This document shows positions 1 through 10,328 of a DNA stretch of 64,000 nt, piece after piece. Below the pieces are notes generated by a model, which ran no database searches, was not told the origin of the DNA, and saw nothing but the letters and a program-made list of their open reading frames with translations. The stretch covers positions 1-64,000 of the IMG/VR virus record IMGVR_UViG_3300010163_000003. One strand, given 5' to 3'. How positions within the stretch are numbered: position 1 is the stretch's first letter; each line of letters begins with the position of its first letter. The translations under genes and the position numbers were made by a program. This DNA is from a virus. Its lineage: Duplodnaviria; Caudoviricetes.

Positions 1-2
1 AT

Positions 3-446
3 ATGCATGGCTATACAACGTTCATCAGTGGAGGAGCACAAGGCGTAGATCAACTTGCGTTCTGGGCTGTAAACCGTCTAAAAACAAAGGGATATCCCGT
101 AACCAACATTGTTTACATTCCCTTTAAAGGACAAAACAGTCGTTGGAGCGAAAAAGGAACATTCTCTAAACATGAATATGGCCTTATGGTGTGCAAGTAC
201 GCTGATAGGGTAAGAATCATTACCAATAGCGTAAACGACGCACATTTCAATGAGGTTAAAGAGGCTATGCTGAAACGCAATCGCGCCATGGTGGACGATA
301 GCGATGCAGTGTTTGGAGTATATTGGGATAACACATGGCAAACTAGCAACGCTAAAGACCCTATGACAGCCTATACTCTGCGCTATGGGAAAAACAAAAA
401 TAAACCCTACTACGTATTTCATCCAACAGAACTTAGATTCGTATAA
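3..446 (+). CDS. SLOG/YspA-like (DUF1273-type) protein, probably 5'-truncated by the window edge
   Basis: ISGGAQGVDQ and KRNRAMVDDSD motifs typical of YspA/SLOG proteins. Confidence 0.7.
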   Translation: MHGYTTFISGGAQGVDQLAFWAVNRLKTKGYPVTNIVYIPFKGQNSRWSEKGTFSKHEYGLMVCKYADRVRIITNSVNDAHFNEVKEAMLKRNRAMVDDSDAVFGVYWDNTWQTSNAKDPMTAYTLRYGKNKNKPYYVFHPTELRFV

Positions 447-450
447 CACA

Positions 451-480
451 AAAGCAGCATCTTTAATAAGATGCTGCTTT
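451..480 (+). terminator. Hairpin after SLOG gene
   Basis: aaagcagcatct..agatgctgcttt inverted repeat directly after the stop codon. Confidence 0.5.
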
Positions 481-501
481 CATTTAGAAAGGTATGATAA
501 T

Positions 502-708
502 ATGAATAGCATAATAGGTAGCGTAATAGCTTTGGTACAAGATGCTCTTGAGATACAATCGGATACAATTTATCCTTCAGCAATTGTGATGCTCAAGAAG
601 AACCACAAACTGTACAAAGTAACAGAAACATACGCGCACGGAGAAAAACTTGTTCTTGACGATTACGATTATATCGTTACGCCCAGCGAAGTTTTGCTTG
701 TTGGTTAA
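502..708 (+). CDS. Hypothetical protein
   Basis: RBS gaaagg upstream of ATG 502 (in frame with ORF-track 385..708). Confidence 0.55.
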   Translation: MNSIIGSVIALVQDALEIQSDTIYPSAIVMLKKNHKLYKVTETYAHGEKLVLDDYDYIVTPSEVLLVG

Positions 709-720
709 GGAGGAATAACC

Positions 721-876
721 ATGAAATTCAAACCATATATGAACATAGTATTCTGTTATAAATGCAAATGCCCCATACCGCGCGTGGGCATAGCTTGCAG
801 AACACAGGCGGGGACAGTTTCTCTTTCATCACCTATAATATGCCCTAAGTGCAAGCTTCTTGGAAAACGTCGGTAG
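721..876 (+). CDS. Small Cys-rich (two CxxC) Zn-ribbon-like protein, 51 aa
   Basis: aaggagg RBS; MKFKPYMNIVFCYKCKC...CPKCKLLGKRR; below the ORF-track size cut-off. Confidence 0.55.
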   Translation: MKFKPYMNIVFCYKCKCPIPRVGIACRTQAGTVSLSSPIICPKCKLLGKRR

Positions 877-924
877 CTGCTACATTAAGTTAAAAACTAT
901 ATGCCATAAAGGAGAAACGTTCAA

Positions 925-1380
925 ATGACTATTCAAGAAATTCTCAGCAAGTTATCAGACTGTGTTGACTTTAACGATTCCAATTATATATGTTCTTCCG
1001 TCGCTCTTTCGTTTGCTGATGGCAAGGAGAGAAATTTTTCAGTCTTCAACGATAACGATAAGCGTAATGAAATGTACATTGCTCTTGGAAAGGGCTATTC
1101 TACGTTCAAGCATGGGCACATCAAAACCGTTTACTGCATACTTCCAAGAGAGGCAGCAATATCTGAAATTGAACAGTATCGTGATCCGCAAGATCCTATT
1201 ATGTACAAGTACCGTCTGCCAGAAGGAATATTTAATTCCATTCTTAATCAATTTCCAATTGATATTGACAGCACTGTTGAGAAATGCAGGTATCATTATG
1301 CTCAATATGGGTACAAATGGGACGACGATATTAATTGGAAAAGAAAGATGCAAAAATGGTTCGGATGGGAATATAAATAA
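925..1380 (+). CDS. Hypothetical protein
   Basis: aaggag RBS, 151 aa ORF. Confidence 0.6.
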   Translation: MTIQEILSKLSDCVDFNDSNYICSSVALSFADGKERNFSVFNDNDKRNEMYIALGKGYSTFKHGHIKTVYCILPREAAISEIEQYRDPQDPIMYKYRLPEGIFNSILNQFPIDIDSTVEKCRYHYAQYGYKWDDDINWKRKMQKWFGWEYK

Positions 1381-1436
1381 TACAACATATTAAAAAGCTG
1401 ACCTATCGGCAATACGGGGAGAAATGGAGATGTATC

Positions 1437-1988
1437 ATGAAATGCATATATATCGCTGGTAGTCTGAAACAGATGAGGAAGCCTATATTCTCAGATATGC
1501 TTACTACTCTGGTAAAAGCACAAGAAGAGCCATTCACTATCATAGCCGTAAACGATAAGAAATGGGTAGGCTGCTGGGCCTGGGAATGGTGCAACAAGTA
1601 TGGTGTAAGAATGGAACTCTATCCTTCGCTGCCTTCTCTTAAAGAGGGCATGAAGAAGTATGATTCCAGGGAAGCCATAATTTTAGTGAACAGCTATAAC
1701 ATCGACCAGCCATGGTTGCTTGACGCTTGGCAATTGGCAAAATCGTACAAGAGCGACATCAAGCTGTATCACACTTACACCAAATGGTTTATGAATGAGC
1801 ATGACTCTAGGCTCACCAATCCGTTGCTTAGGATGATGCCCATGCAGAAATCATATACCGACAGAGTTATGACCATCAAGGAACGCATGGTGGCATACGA
1901 AGAAAGGTATAAAGACGTTATCAAACAGGTAACGAAAGTTACAACGTTACAGATACAGACAAATAGGAGAATTCACACCTATGCATAA
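1437..1988 (+). CDS. Hypothetical protein
   Basis: ggag RBS, 183 aa ORF. Confidence 0.55.
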   Translation: MKCIYIAGSLKQMRKPIFSDMLTTLVKAQEEPFTIIAVNDKKWVGCWAWEWCNKYGVRMELYPSLPSLKEGMKKYDSREAIILVNSYNIDQPWLLDAWQLAKSYKSDIKLYHTYTKWFMNEHDSRLTNPLLRMMPMQKSYTDRVMTIKERMVAYEERYKDVIKQVTKVTTLQIQTNRRIHTYA

Positions 1989-2046
1989 TTATGCATAATT
2001 TTGTGTAATAAATCTAGAATATAAAAATCATAGGGAGGTTCATATC

Positions 2047-4074
2047 ATGAGCATTCAAAGGACTGTAAGTAGGAACCCTGTTAGTGGCATTTCAAAAGCT
2101 ATTGATATGCTTGGCAGTAAAGAAGCCGCAAATCATGCGTGCGCTTATCGTATTCTTAATACAGGCATGATAAAGCTTACTGGCAAAGAAATCGTGCAAG
2201 CGGCAAAGGATTACCAGTTCATGCTGTCTCTCGGTGAAACGACCGAGTACACGATGGAGCAGGCTGTTCGCGTAGCTGAAATCGTAGGAGTTCCACAGAG
2301 CTTTATTGAGCGTGATGGTGGCCCCACTGAATTTGTCAGCAAACGCTATCGTTTCTTTGTTATGTCGGCGATAGCTGGAAGACCACATAAAGAACAGATA
2401 TCTATGGTTAAAAGTACTATGGATGAGCTAGAGTTTAGAGAAAATGGCATTTTCCTTCCGGCTGATAAGATAAGCGATTTCACCAACATCAAGAAAGCTG
2501 CAAATAGTTCTGCTGATGCTACAACCAGAGTGATAGATACTTCAGAGGACGGAATATCCCGAATGCTCATGGAACACGGGATTAACTCTGCAACACTCTT
2601 TGTTGGACAAGTAAGCTTTGATGAAACAGAACAGAATGCAATTGACGAAAAGAAACGTCGTTTGTTTACTGAAGGTTTTATCAATGAAGCTACTGGCAAA
2701 CATTATATGTTCAGTTTTCAATCTCCTTCATCGGTGCGTAAGGGTAATTTCACATTTGTTGAAGCTAATTCTTGGCGCGAAGTCGTATCTCTTTGGATAG
2801 AAATTAGTGGCTTACTCACCAAAGAAGAAATTGAAACCAAGACTCAGGAAGAGCTTCTTGATATCCTGTTGTCTAAGTCTGTTGGTCTTGCTAATGAAGA
2901 GCATGAAGTTGTAATTGCTAAATTGCTTGCAAGGCTTTCTACTCGCGGCTCTAATAGTTTCAGCCTTGACCGTAGGGCTGAAACTAAAGAGCAGAAAGAA
3001 GCTCTGACTTTCGTTAAAGGCATAAATGTATTCTATCCTAAGAAGGATATGAAAGTCAAGATTACTCGCGACTACTACACGTTTGGCGATGAAGATGGCG
3101 TTCTTAAGCTCATCACTGGCAAACAGCGTACAGTAACTCCGGGCGATGGACAGATGCTTGGAAGCTATAGACTCCATGCATATATTGCATTCATTCTCAA
3201 TCTCATTTCCTATACAGACTTCAAGCGCTTCTTGAAACTCTGGGAAGAAGCAAACGAAGATGATAGAAATGTTGAGGAAGGAAGCGAACTTGAGCGCCTT
3301 ATCCTTAAGATACCATGCATATTTCAGATAAGGCATGGTTCTAAGAAGGGCATTTGTGTTAGAACTAACCTCGAAAGAGTATCCAAGTATGACGCAATCG
3401 TTCCGCCTTCTGTTCGTAAGTTTGTAGAAGGTGAGTGGAAGAACTTCCCGCTCGAAATCTGCAACTGGATTAAGAAGACTCCTGCACAGCCCACAGTTAT
3501 GCTGAATAACCAATTTATCAGTGCTCTCGATATAGAGCCTGAGAATCTGCGTAAGGTTGCGGATTACTGGTTTGACATCATGAACAAATCTCTTACGTCA
3601 GAAACCGAAGCTATGAAGTTTCATAAGATGATTCGGGCTACTGATGAAGAGGATGAGCTTGATGAAGACCTCAGCAATAGCATGGTAAGCCATTGTATAT
3701 GGGCAAACTCTAAACTCATGCTTGATCGTCAGGTATGTAACTGGAGAAAAGACCAGTATACCAAAATAATTAACAACATGAGTATCGGACGTATAGGTGT
3801 ACCAGGAATCTATAGCTATATGGTATGTGACCCGCATGCGTTAGTAAACTTCTATCTTGAACTCAAAGACGAAGACAAGATGGAAGAACTTAAAGCTGGC
3901 GAGTACTACTATTGCGGTAAAGATAACTGCACAGCAGCCTTGTTTCGCTCTCCGCTAATTCATCCATTTGAAGTACAAAAAGTAACGTTGAAGTATCTCA
4001 GGGCATTCTTTGGCATTCAAGGCGCTATCATTTTTAACGTACATGATGGCAAGTGGGATGCAATGGGAGGAGCT
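2047..4074 (+). CDS. Single-subunit YonO-like (two-barrel, RdRP-related) DNA-dependent RNA polymerase, exon 1
   Basis: LFRSP motif; ends ...MGGA, and joined to exon 2 gives the catalytic GADFDGD; spliced product about 1252 aa. Confidence 0.8.
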
Positions 4075-4423
4075 AAGTAATATTGGCCCCATCAACAGTA
4101 ATGTTGTCCTGACCCAATAAACAGGAATTACTCCGTGAACCTAGAAATCTAGGGTGTGTAGTGTAAACTATGCTAACAGGGAAAGCTAAAAATGTATAAA
4201 TTCATGCTAACCTCTGTGCCAAGCTCTGTAAAGAGAAGGTGCATCGACTAACTGAAAGTACTTTGTTATTCGAGAAATACGATAGCACAGTCTTTCGAGA
4301 CCTATAAGGTGAAACTCCTTATGGGGTAGCGCGGAGCTTCTGCATATGGTAACAGTATGCAGAATGAAGATATAGTCAGATGAGTGAAGAGAAATCTGCG
4401 TTGCAAAAGCAATACACTCATTG
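4075..4423 (+). ncRNA. Group I intron (349 nt, no ORF) in RNA polymerase gene
   Basis: Exon ends in U (gct), intron ends in G; R element catcgacta 4242-4250; S element aagatatagtc 4367-4377; removal restores the frame. Confidence 0.88.
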
Positions 4424-6154
4424 GATTTTGACGGCGATATTTGTGCGATTGTACCAGAAGATACCGATATTGGTGCATTAATAGTGAATGCCGTTCGTGA
4501 TATTCCTTATGATATCTGGGAAGAAGCTCAAGTTGCTAAGAAAGTTAAATTCACTTATGACATGAAAGCATTGATTGAGCATCTCGTAAAGAACGCTAAA
4601 GTTGACCGTACTGGGCCTATAACTAATCATGCTATGAGGTCTAGCGAGATATCTAATCATTTTACTCAGATAGCTCGTACTTGCAGGAGAAACGGTATTG
4701 ATAATGTGTTCTTTAAAGAGCCTTGGTCATTCCCAGAAGTAGACGAGAAGTATGGCTGGTATGGTGATAAGTATCGCGGTCTTCTTTGGAAAGATAATAC
4801 CGGGAAACAGTTTATGACTGTACGTGGTATTGCAAAATGCAAGAAAGTAGGGGCTTTGTGGGTATGGGATAAAGGACCAGAAGCTTTTGTTGGCTGGAAA
4901 TCTGTCACGGAGATAGAAGAGGAAGCCAAAAAGTATATGGATAAAGTTAAAGTTCTTCGTCTGCTTCAAGGCCGTGAGATTGATGGAGCTAAGACTGGTG
5001 TATATGCCGAAGGGCCAGAAGGTCGGAATGACTTTACTGACGAAGTAAAAGTCATAACAACTCCGCATCAGATGCTTGCTCGTAGAGTAATCCTTAAGAA
5101 GGGCGAGTCTAAATCTGATAATCACAATTCCTTTGTTAGCTTTTCTCCCCTTGGCGACTTGTATGACTATGTACAGAGCCGTCGTCACGAGATAGAAGAT
5201 AAACTGGATAACGGCATAAACATGACACAATATCTCTTCACTTTGCTTACCAAAGATGAACTTCGCTGGTTTTACGCTAGATGGAATGTAACAAATCCTG
5301 AAACCAACGAAGTAAAAGATAAAAGCCTGCTTGAGATTATCGAAGACCACAAGAAAGTATATTCTCAAGCATGGGCTAATGCTCGTGAGCTTCCTGATGA
5401 AGACCGTATGACATTCGGGAAGAAGATTAAGGAAGAAGAGCACGAATGGTTGTTGAGCCTTACAAACTATACGAATACAACCAACAATAATCTTCCTCTT
5501 ACAGTAATTGCTACGGCTGCATATATAGTAGCTTATGACAAGAAGAATAACCAGAACACAGGTTTAGGTTATGGCTGGATTCTCGCCTCCACACTTCTTG
5601 ATGTATTTGCTCGTGGCAATAACAAGCGCCGTCTCGTAAGGCTTCCTCATAAGAACGTAGAATCTGCTGAAATCAAAGATGGCTGGTTGTACGTGAATGA
5701 GATGAAGCACATGAAAGTCAATAGCGTTGAAGGCCCAGTGGATGTAATCAATGTTAGTGGACAGAACTGTGCTATGCTTCAAAAGAAAGTAGATAATGCG
5801 GCTAGCACGGCTCCGTTTGTATTCCCAGGCGCAATAGACGCTAACGTTCTTTACAGTATAACCGCAAGCGGATTGGCTTATACTCAAGCGGAGAATGCGG
5901 TTAACTGGATTGATCTTGTGAGAGCCAATGGGGGTTACTTTGATATCATCATGAATAGCCAAAAACGTGTAGTTATGGTTATCAATGGTGAAGAAATTGG
6001 ATTCCCGATATTCAATTGTTCTCCCCTTCAGTCTCTGCACATGCTCAACAAGCGGGTTAAAGTTATGAATCTTGATAACCCGATTGATGATAAACTTGTT
6101 GCGTCTACCAAGACTGGTAAGAGCGTCAAAGACATCTGGGTTGCAATAGCGTAA
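4424..6154 (+). CDS. YonO-like RNA polymerase, exon 2
   Basis: Begins DFDGDICAIV; later EIDGAKTG motif of the RdRP/YonO family. Confidence 0.8.
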   Translation, partial: DFDGDICAIVPEDTDIGALIVNAVRDIPYDIWEEAQVAKKVKFTYDMKALIEHLVKNAKVDRTGPITNHAMRSSEISNHFTQIARTCRRNGIDNVFFKEPWSFPEVDEKYGWYGDKYRGLLWKDNTGKQFMTVRGIAKCKKVGALWVWDKGPEAFVGWKSVTEIEEEAKKYMDKVKVLRLLQGREIDGAKTGVYAEGPEGRNDFTDEVKVITTPHQMLARRVILKKGESKSDNHNSFVSFSPLGDLYDYVQSRRHEIEDKLDNGINMTQYLFTLLTKDELRWFYARWNVTNPETNEVKDKSLLEIIEDHKKVYSQAWANARELPDEDRMTFGKKIKEEEHEWLLSLTNYTNTTNNNLPLTVIATAAYIVAYDKKNNQNTGLGYGWILASTLLDVFARGNNKRRLVRLPHKNVESAEIKDGWLYVNEMKHMKVNSVEGPVDVINVSGQNCAMLQKKVDNAASTAPFVFPGAIDANVLYSITASGLAYTQAENAVNWIDLVRANGGYFDIIMNSQKRVVMVINGEEIGFPIFNCSPLQSLHMLNKRVKVMNLDNPIDDKLVASTKTGKSVKDIWVAIA

Positions 6155-6165
6155 GAATATACAAA

Positions 6166-6201
6166 GCCCCCACTAACGTGGGGGCAATCTTTTTATTTTT
6201 T
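6166..6201 (+). terminator. Intrinsic terminator with C-TAAC-G loop
   Basis: gcccccac-taac-gtgggggc followed by a T-rich tract. Confidence 0.7.
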
Positions 6202-6215
6202 GGCATATACTACAA

Positions 6216-6244
6216 TTGACTTAACAACTTCCATAGAGTATAAT
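6216..6244 (+). promoter_or_regulatory. SigA-type promoter
   Basis: TTGACT-17bp-TATAAT. Confidence 0.75.
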
Positions 6245-6267
6245 GGGAGTCAGAAAGGAGTGTTAGT

Positions 6268-6444
6268 ATGGCTAAAATGGGACGACCCATAAAAAAGGAT
6301 GCTAAACGAACTAAAGTGACAGTAAGACTTGATGATGAAGGGCTTATGATGCTTAAAACTAATGCAGAGCATTTTGATGACACATTAGCTGATTCGTTAC
6401 GTAGAGCAATATATCTTTTGTACAAAGAAATCAAAAAAGAATAG
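6268..6444 (+). CDS. Small ribbon-helix-helix (Arc/CopG-like) regulator, 58 aa
   Basis: gaaaggag RBS; MAKMGRPIKKDAKRTKVTVRLDDE...LADSLRRAI; not in the ORF track. Confidence 0.7.
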   Translation: MAKMGRPIKKDAKRTKVTVRLDDEGLMMLKTNAEHFDDTLADSLRRAIYLLYKEIKKE

Positions 6445-6513
6445 GGTATCGCCCACATCCTGCGATACCCTATCGTCCCTAGCCAACAACCTTTAGAGAG
6501 CCATTGTAACAAC
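6432..6513 (-). ncRNA. Predicted antisense sRNA between RHH gene and antirepressor
   Basis: Minus-strand consensus promoter at 6548-6520, then hairpin tagggtatcgc/gcgatacccta with minus-strand U-tract. Confidence 0.55.
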
Positions 6514-6519
6514 AACATT

Positions 6520-6548
6520 ATTATAATGGTTTCTCTAAAGGTTGTCAA
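6520..6548 (-). promoter_or_regulatory. Consensus SigA promoter, antisense orientation
   Basis: Minus strand reads TTGACA-17bp-TATAAT. Confidence 0.75.
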
Positions 6549-6579
6549 GTATTTTTTATTTTTATAAGGAGAAACTATT

Positions 6580-7446
6580 ATGAAAGATTTAGTTCCAATT
6601 GAACACGAAGGGCAACGTGTTCTTCTAACGTCTCAACTTGCAGAGGCGTATGAAACAACTGTTCGACGCATATCAGAAAACTTTAACCGTAACAGCGAAC
6701 GTTTTCAAGAAGGCAAACATTTCTTTGTGTTAGAAGGAGAGGTAAAACGAGACTTCCTGAACCATACGCAAATTGCGGACGGTTTAAAAAATGCCCAAAA
6801 AGTTTATCTTTGGACCGAGAAAGGTGCTCTTTTACATGCCAAGTCCTTAAATACGGACAAAGCGTGGGAAGTGTATGACTATCTCGTAGATTTCTATTTT
6901 ACTGTTAAGCAGAAAATTTACGATGATTTGTCTCCTGAACTTCAAGCGGTCAAGCAAATACTCGACGCTATGGCAAAAACTGAACGCGAACAAAAACGTC
7001 AAGCTGAAGAGCAAAAACGTCAAGCAAATGAATTAGTACGGCATGACAAAGAACTTGCTAAGGCTAAGCAAGACATAAGAAATATGCGTGATATCTTTAC
7101 TATCGACAATATATCTTGGCGCAGAGATTGTGGAAAAATCGTTAAGGCGGTGGCGTACAAACTCGGCGGTGGCGATCAGTATAAAGATGTTAACACTGCT
7201 TGTTATCAAGAGCTTGAGCAAACAGCAAAAGTTAATCTCGGAATAAGACTCAATAACCTCAGAAAACGTATGAAAGCGGCAGGCGAAACGTCAAGCGCAT
7301 GCAAGAAGATGACCAATCTCGATATAATTGAAAGAGATCCCAAGCTTAAGGAAATGTACATAACAATAGTCAAAAAAATGGCTATTCGTTATGACATAGA
7401 CCCGAATATAGCAATAAACAGTAATCTCGACCCAATTGAAAATTAA
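6580..7446 (+). CDS. Phage antirepressor-like protein (ORF6N N-terminal domain, coiled coil, ORF6C-like C-terminus)
   Basis: GQRVLLTSQLAEAY...YLWTEKGALLHAKSLNTDKAWEVY ORF6N signature. Confidence 0.85.
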   Translation: MKDLVPIEHEGQRVLLTSQLAEAYETTVRRISENFNRNSERFQEGKHFFVLEGEVKRDFLNHTQIADGLKNAQKVYLWTEKGALLHAKSLNTDKAWEVYDYLVDFYFTVKQKIYDDLSPELQAVKQILDAMAKTEREQKRQAEEQKRQANELVRHDKELAKAKQDIRNMRDIFTIDNISWRRDCGKIVKAVAYKLGGGDQYKDVNTACYQELEQTAKVNLGIRLNNLRKRMKAAGETSSACKKMTNLDIIERDPKLKEMYITIVKKMAIRYDIDPNIAINSNLDPIEN

Positions 7447-7501
7447 AATATACCCCGGCTAACGCCGGGGTATTGATATATAAATACACAGGAGGAATAT
7501 C

Positions 7502-8008
7502 ATGGGAAGCATAAGAATAGCAAATCTGAACGATATGAAGGTTCTGCAACAGTTTGGAATTCATTTGGACGAAATATATTTCATCGTTCGTTCTCTAAAG
7601 AATCCAGATATGCCACTGTACAACGGACAAATGTATATCCACTTACCTGAACTTTCGCCTTCTCGTGATCTATTTTATAGTTATCTAAGATTAAGAAATG
7701 CAGGGCAGTGGAACAAGAACACATTCTTTACGCAGTATGCACCCACATTCCTGAAGCAAATGCATGAGACAGTTCCTCGCGCATGGCTTAACAGGCTCTT
7801 TAAAGATGTTACTAAGCACGGCAAAGATATCGCGCTTGTGTGTTTCTGCAAAGACGAAGAACTATGTCACAGAAGTATTGTAGGCGGTTTATTACAAGGA
7901 GCGTGTTTAGCGAATAGCAAAGATGTTAAGTTAATGAATATGACAGGTAACATTGAACAATACAGTTTCTACTACGACATGTACCGAGGTAAGGAAGTGC
8001 GATTATGA
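7502..8008 (+). CDS. DUF488-family protein
   Basis: LSPSRDLF and IALVCFCKDEELCHRSIV motifs. Confidence 0.65.
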   Translation: MGSIRIANLNDMKVLQQFGIHLDEIYFIVRSLKNPDMPLYNGQMYIHLPELSPSRDLFYSYLRLRNAGQWNKNTFFTQYAPTFLKQMHETVPRAWLNRLFKDVTKHGKDIALVCFCKDEELCHRSIVGGLLQGACLANSKDVKLMNMTGNIEQYSFYYDMYRGKEVRL

Positions 8009-8385
8009 AAAGAAAAAAAAGAAGCAAAGAAGAGGAAGCATCATTCGGATACAATCTTAAAGATCAGTTCTACAGAGGTATCAGATTGAAGCTCATTCCG
8101 TATCATCCAACACACTACGCAAGTAAAAAAGCAAAGCGCTATGAGCTTGGCGAAAGCCAATACGGGCAAAATGTATGGATTCCTAACAAATATCTTAAAG
8201 ATGATGGAACCATACAAGAATGGGCTAATCTTGATTTCGTTATGCGTGAAGCAATTTTACAGAGGAAATTCATGAAAGCCTATCTCGATGCGTCTATATT
8301 TGGATTTGGTCCATATTATGGGCAAACAAGAGAACAAATATATGAAGAGGGCCTTAAACGGCTTGGTATAGATAATCCCGGCTAA
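8005..8385 (+). CDS. Hypothetical protein
   Basis: ORF overlapping the upstream stop; its stop codon lies in a C-TAAC-G hairpin loop. Confidence 0.6.
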   Translation: MKRKKRSKEEEASFGYNLKDQFYRGIRLKLIPYHPTHYASKKAKRYELGESQYGQNVWIPNKYLKDDGTIQEWANLDFVMREAILQRKFMKAYLDASIFGFGPYYGQTREQIYEEGLKRLGIDNPG

Positions 8386-8418
8386 CGCCGGGATTTTGAA
8401 TTATATTGGAGGAATATT

Positions 8419-8709
8419 ATGATAAACGTTGATAAGTTTGATGAGTACCTCAATGAACGCAATGAAACAATAGATAATGCCGCATATAATTTAATATGTG
8501 CGCTTACAGAAATGCCTAATGGAGAAGAAACTCCATGGAGTAAGAAGAAAATCTCTACGGTAACGTTTGCAGTAGAGCAAGCGTTAGAACAAATGGGCAT
8601 GCATATATGTAATCCATTCTATTATTCAGAGGATGGAACAGATGAAAATCCATGCCCTATAGAAGGAGCGTGTAATACGCCTAATTGTCCCTTTAAGGAG
8701 AATAAATAA
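8419..8709 (+). CDS. Hypothetical protein (Cys-rich C-terminus)
   Basis: ggagg RBS. Confidence 0.6.
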   Translation: MINVDKFDEYLNERNETIDNAAYNLICALTEMPNGEETPWSKKKISTVTFAVEQALEQMGMHICNPFYYSEDGTDENPCPIEGACNTPNCPFKENK

Positions 8710-8987
8710 TGAAAAAGTTAACGCCAAAACAGTTAAATGCCGCTATCGAGAAAATCAAGCCATCTATAGAAGAGGATCAAGCAATAGGCACAATTTCACA
8801 TCGTGAAATGATCTGCTTAATGGCTGGTTATATCTGGGCTGAAGCAGATCATTATGTTATGGATGAAGATTCCACCTTCTGGGATAGGTTCAATGGATAT
8901 CTACGAGATAATAAAGAACGCTATCCCGGCCTGATAGATAGCAATGTCCTCACATATGAGGAATGGGCTGACAGACACGAAAGATAA
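8709..8987 (+). CDS. Hypothetical protein
   Basis: aaggag RBS, coupled to the upstream gene. Confidence 0.6.
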   Translation: MKKLTPKQLNAAIEKIKPSIEEDQAIGTISHREMICLMAGYIWAEADHYVMDEDSTFWDRFNGYLRDNKERYPGLIDSNVLTYEEWADRHER

Positions 8988-9031
8988 ATAACGCTTGGCT
9001 AACGCCAAACTATCGGATTGGAGGTAAAATC

Positions 9032-9496
9032 ATGATAGTCGAACACATAGGTGGCAATATGTTTTATCTTCCTGTTAGTTATGATGAAGCTGTTGCTGTT
9101 ACCACAAATGGCGTCGTTAAAGCAAATCATGAAGCGGTCATGGGAGCTGGTTGCGCAAAAGAAGCGAATGAGCTATTCCATGTAAGCAAAAAGCTTGGCA
9201 AGTATCTTCTTGAGTATGGCAATAGACCTTTTAATCTCGGTCTGTACTCAAATGGAGAAACCAGATTAACTCTTCTTACATTCCCTACGAAATGGGATTG
9301 GAAAGACAAATCCGATATGCGTCTTATAAAGAAAAGCGCTACACATCTGATAGAAATGGCAGATAAGTTTCAGTTAAAGAAAATCTACATCCCTCGTGTA
9401 GGTTGTGGATGCGGAGGACTTGATTGGAATAAAGAAGTCTGCCCTTACCTTAAAACTGTCTTTGATGACAGATTCATTGCAGTCACTAGATACTAA
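9032..9496 (+). CDS. Macrodomain (ADP-ribose binding/hydrolase, Poa1p/DarG-like) protein
   Basis: TTNG..VMGAGCA, FPTK.DW, P.VGCG.GGLDW motifs. Confidence 0.8.
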   Translation: MIVEHIGGNMFYLPVSYDEAVAVTTNGVVKANHEAVMGAGCAKEANELFHVSKKLGKYLLEYGNRPFNLGLYSNGETRLTLLTFPTKWDWKDKSDMRLIKKSATHLIEMADKFQLKKIYIPRVGCGCGGLDWNKEVCPYLKTVFDDRFIAVTRY

Positions 9497-9603
9497 GAAC
9501 CGCTCGGCTAACGCCGAGCTTTTGAATTAATCAATAAACGCCTTGCTAACGCAAGGCTATTGAAATATAAAAACATACACACATATTATGGAGGTAATTT
9601 ATC

Positions 9604-10179
9604 ATGAAAATCATTCTCAACAAAAAGGAAAAGACCGCTCTTAAGGATCTCGTCACCGCTACTGACTACGGCACAATGAGTGAATTCCAAAAATCAATTG
9701 ACGGTGTAACCAACAAGTTCAATGTTGTCAGAATAACGTCGGCTGACAACAACGCTTGCATCGACATTGACAGCGACTTCCTCACCGATTTTATCAAAGA
9801 ATCCAGCGTTACTGTGCGCATAATGTGGCCCATGCTTCACGGCTTGTATAACATGGGTCAAAACTTTGGCTTGAGTATCAGCCGCATCCTGGAAAAGTAT
9901 CGCAAACCGGATACGTGTCGTAAATCGGAAGATTCCAAGTTCAAGAAGATATCTGAAAACGATGATTCCAGCAAGACGCTCGACCCTGAGCCTGCGAAAG
10001 AAACGTACCTCGAAATTGAGGCCAATAAAGATGTTGTTAGAACCGTTTATAAAGATATCATCCATACCTACAGCGTTCCAGGAGAAAAAGAAATGACTCC
10101 AAGGCTGTTTAGCGCCATTAAGAAAGTATACGGTGAAGGTATTGCTTTGGCAGTGGAAGCATATATGGATAATAAATAA
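9604..10179 (+). CDS. Hypothetical protein
   Basis: ggaggt RBS. Confidence 0.6.
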   Translation: MKIILNKKEKTALKDLVTATDYGTMSEFQKSIDGVTNKFNVVRITSADNNACIDIDSDFLTDFIKESSVTVRIMWPMLHGLYNMGQNFGLSISRILEKYRKPDTCRKSEDSKFKKISENDDSSKTLDPEPAKETYLEIEANKDVVRTVYKDIIHTYSVPGEKEMTPRLFSAIKKVYGEGIALAVEAYMDNK

Positions 10180-10264
10180 ATGAACTACAAATAGCAAATA
10201 CAAGAAAATATAAATCGACGGGACACTAATTATCCCGTCGATTTATTATCTACGAAATACAACC

Positions 10265-10304
10265 ATGATATAGATATGATATAGATATGATATAGATATG
10301 ATAT
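10265..10304. repeat. Tandem repeat, 11-bp unit ATGATATAGAT x about 3.6
   Basis: Direct reading of sequence. Confidence 0.8.
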
Positions 10305-10328
10305 GGACCAGAAAGGAGAAAATGATAA

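Noticed and set aside
10265-10304. An additional NYA-NN guide module
   Set aside because: Exact 11-bp tandem repeat with no variable positions, far from the Cas7-like gene.
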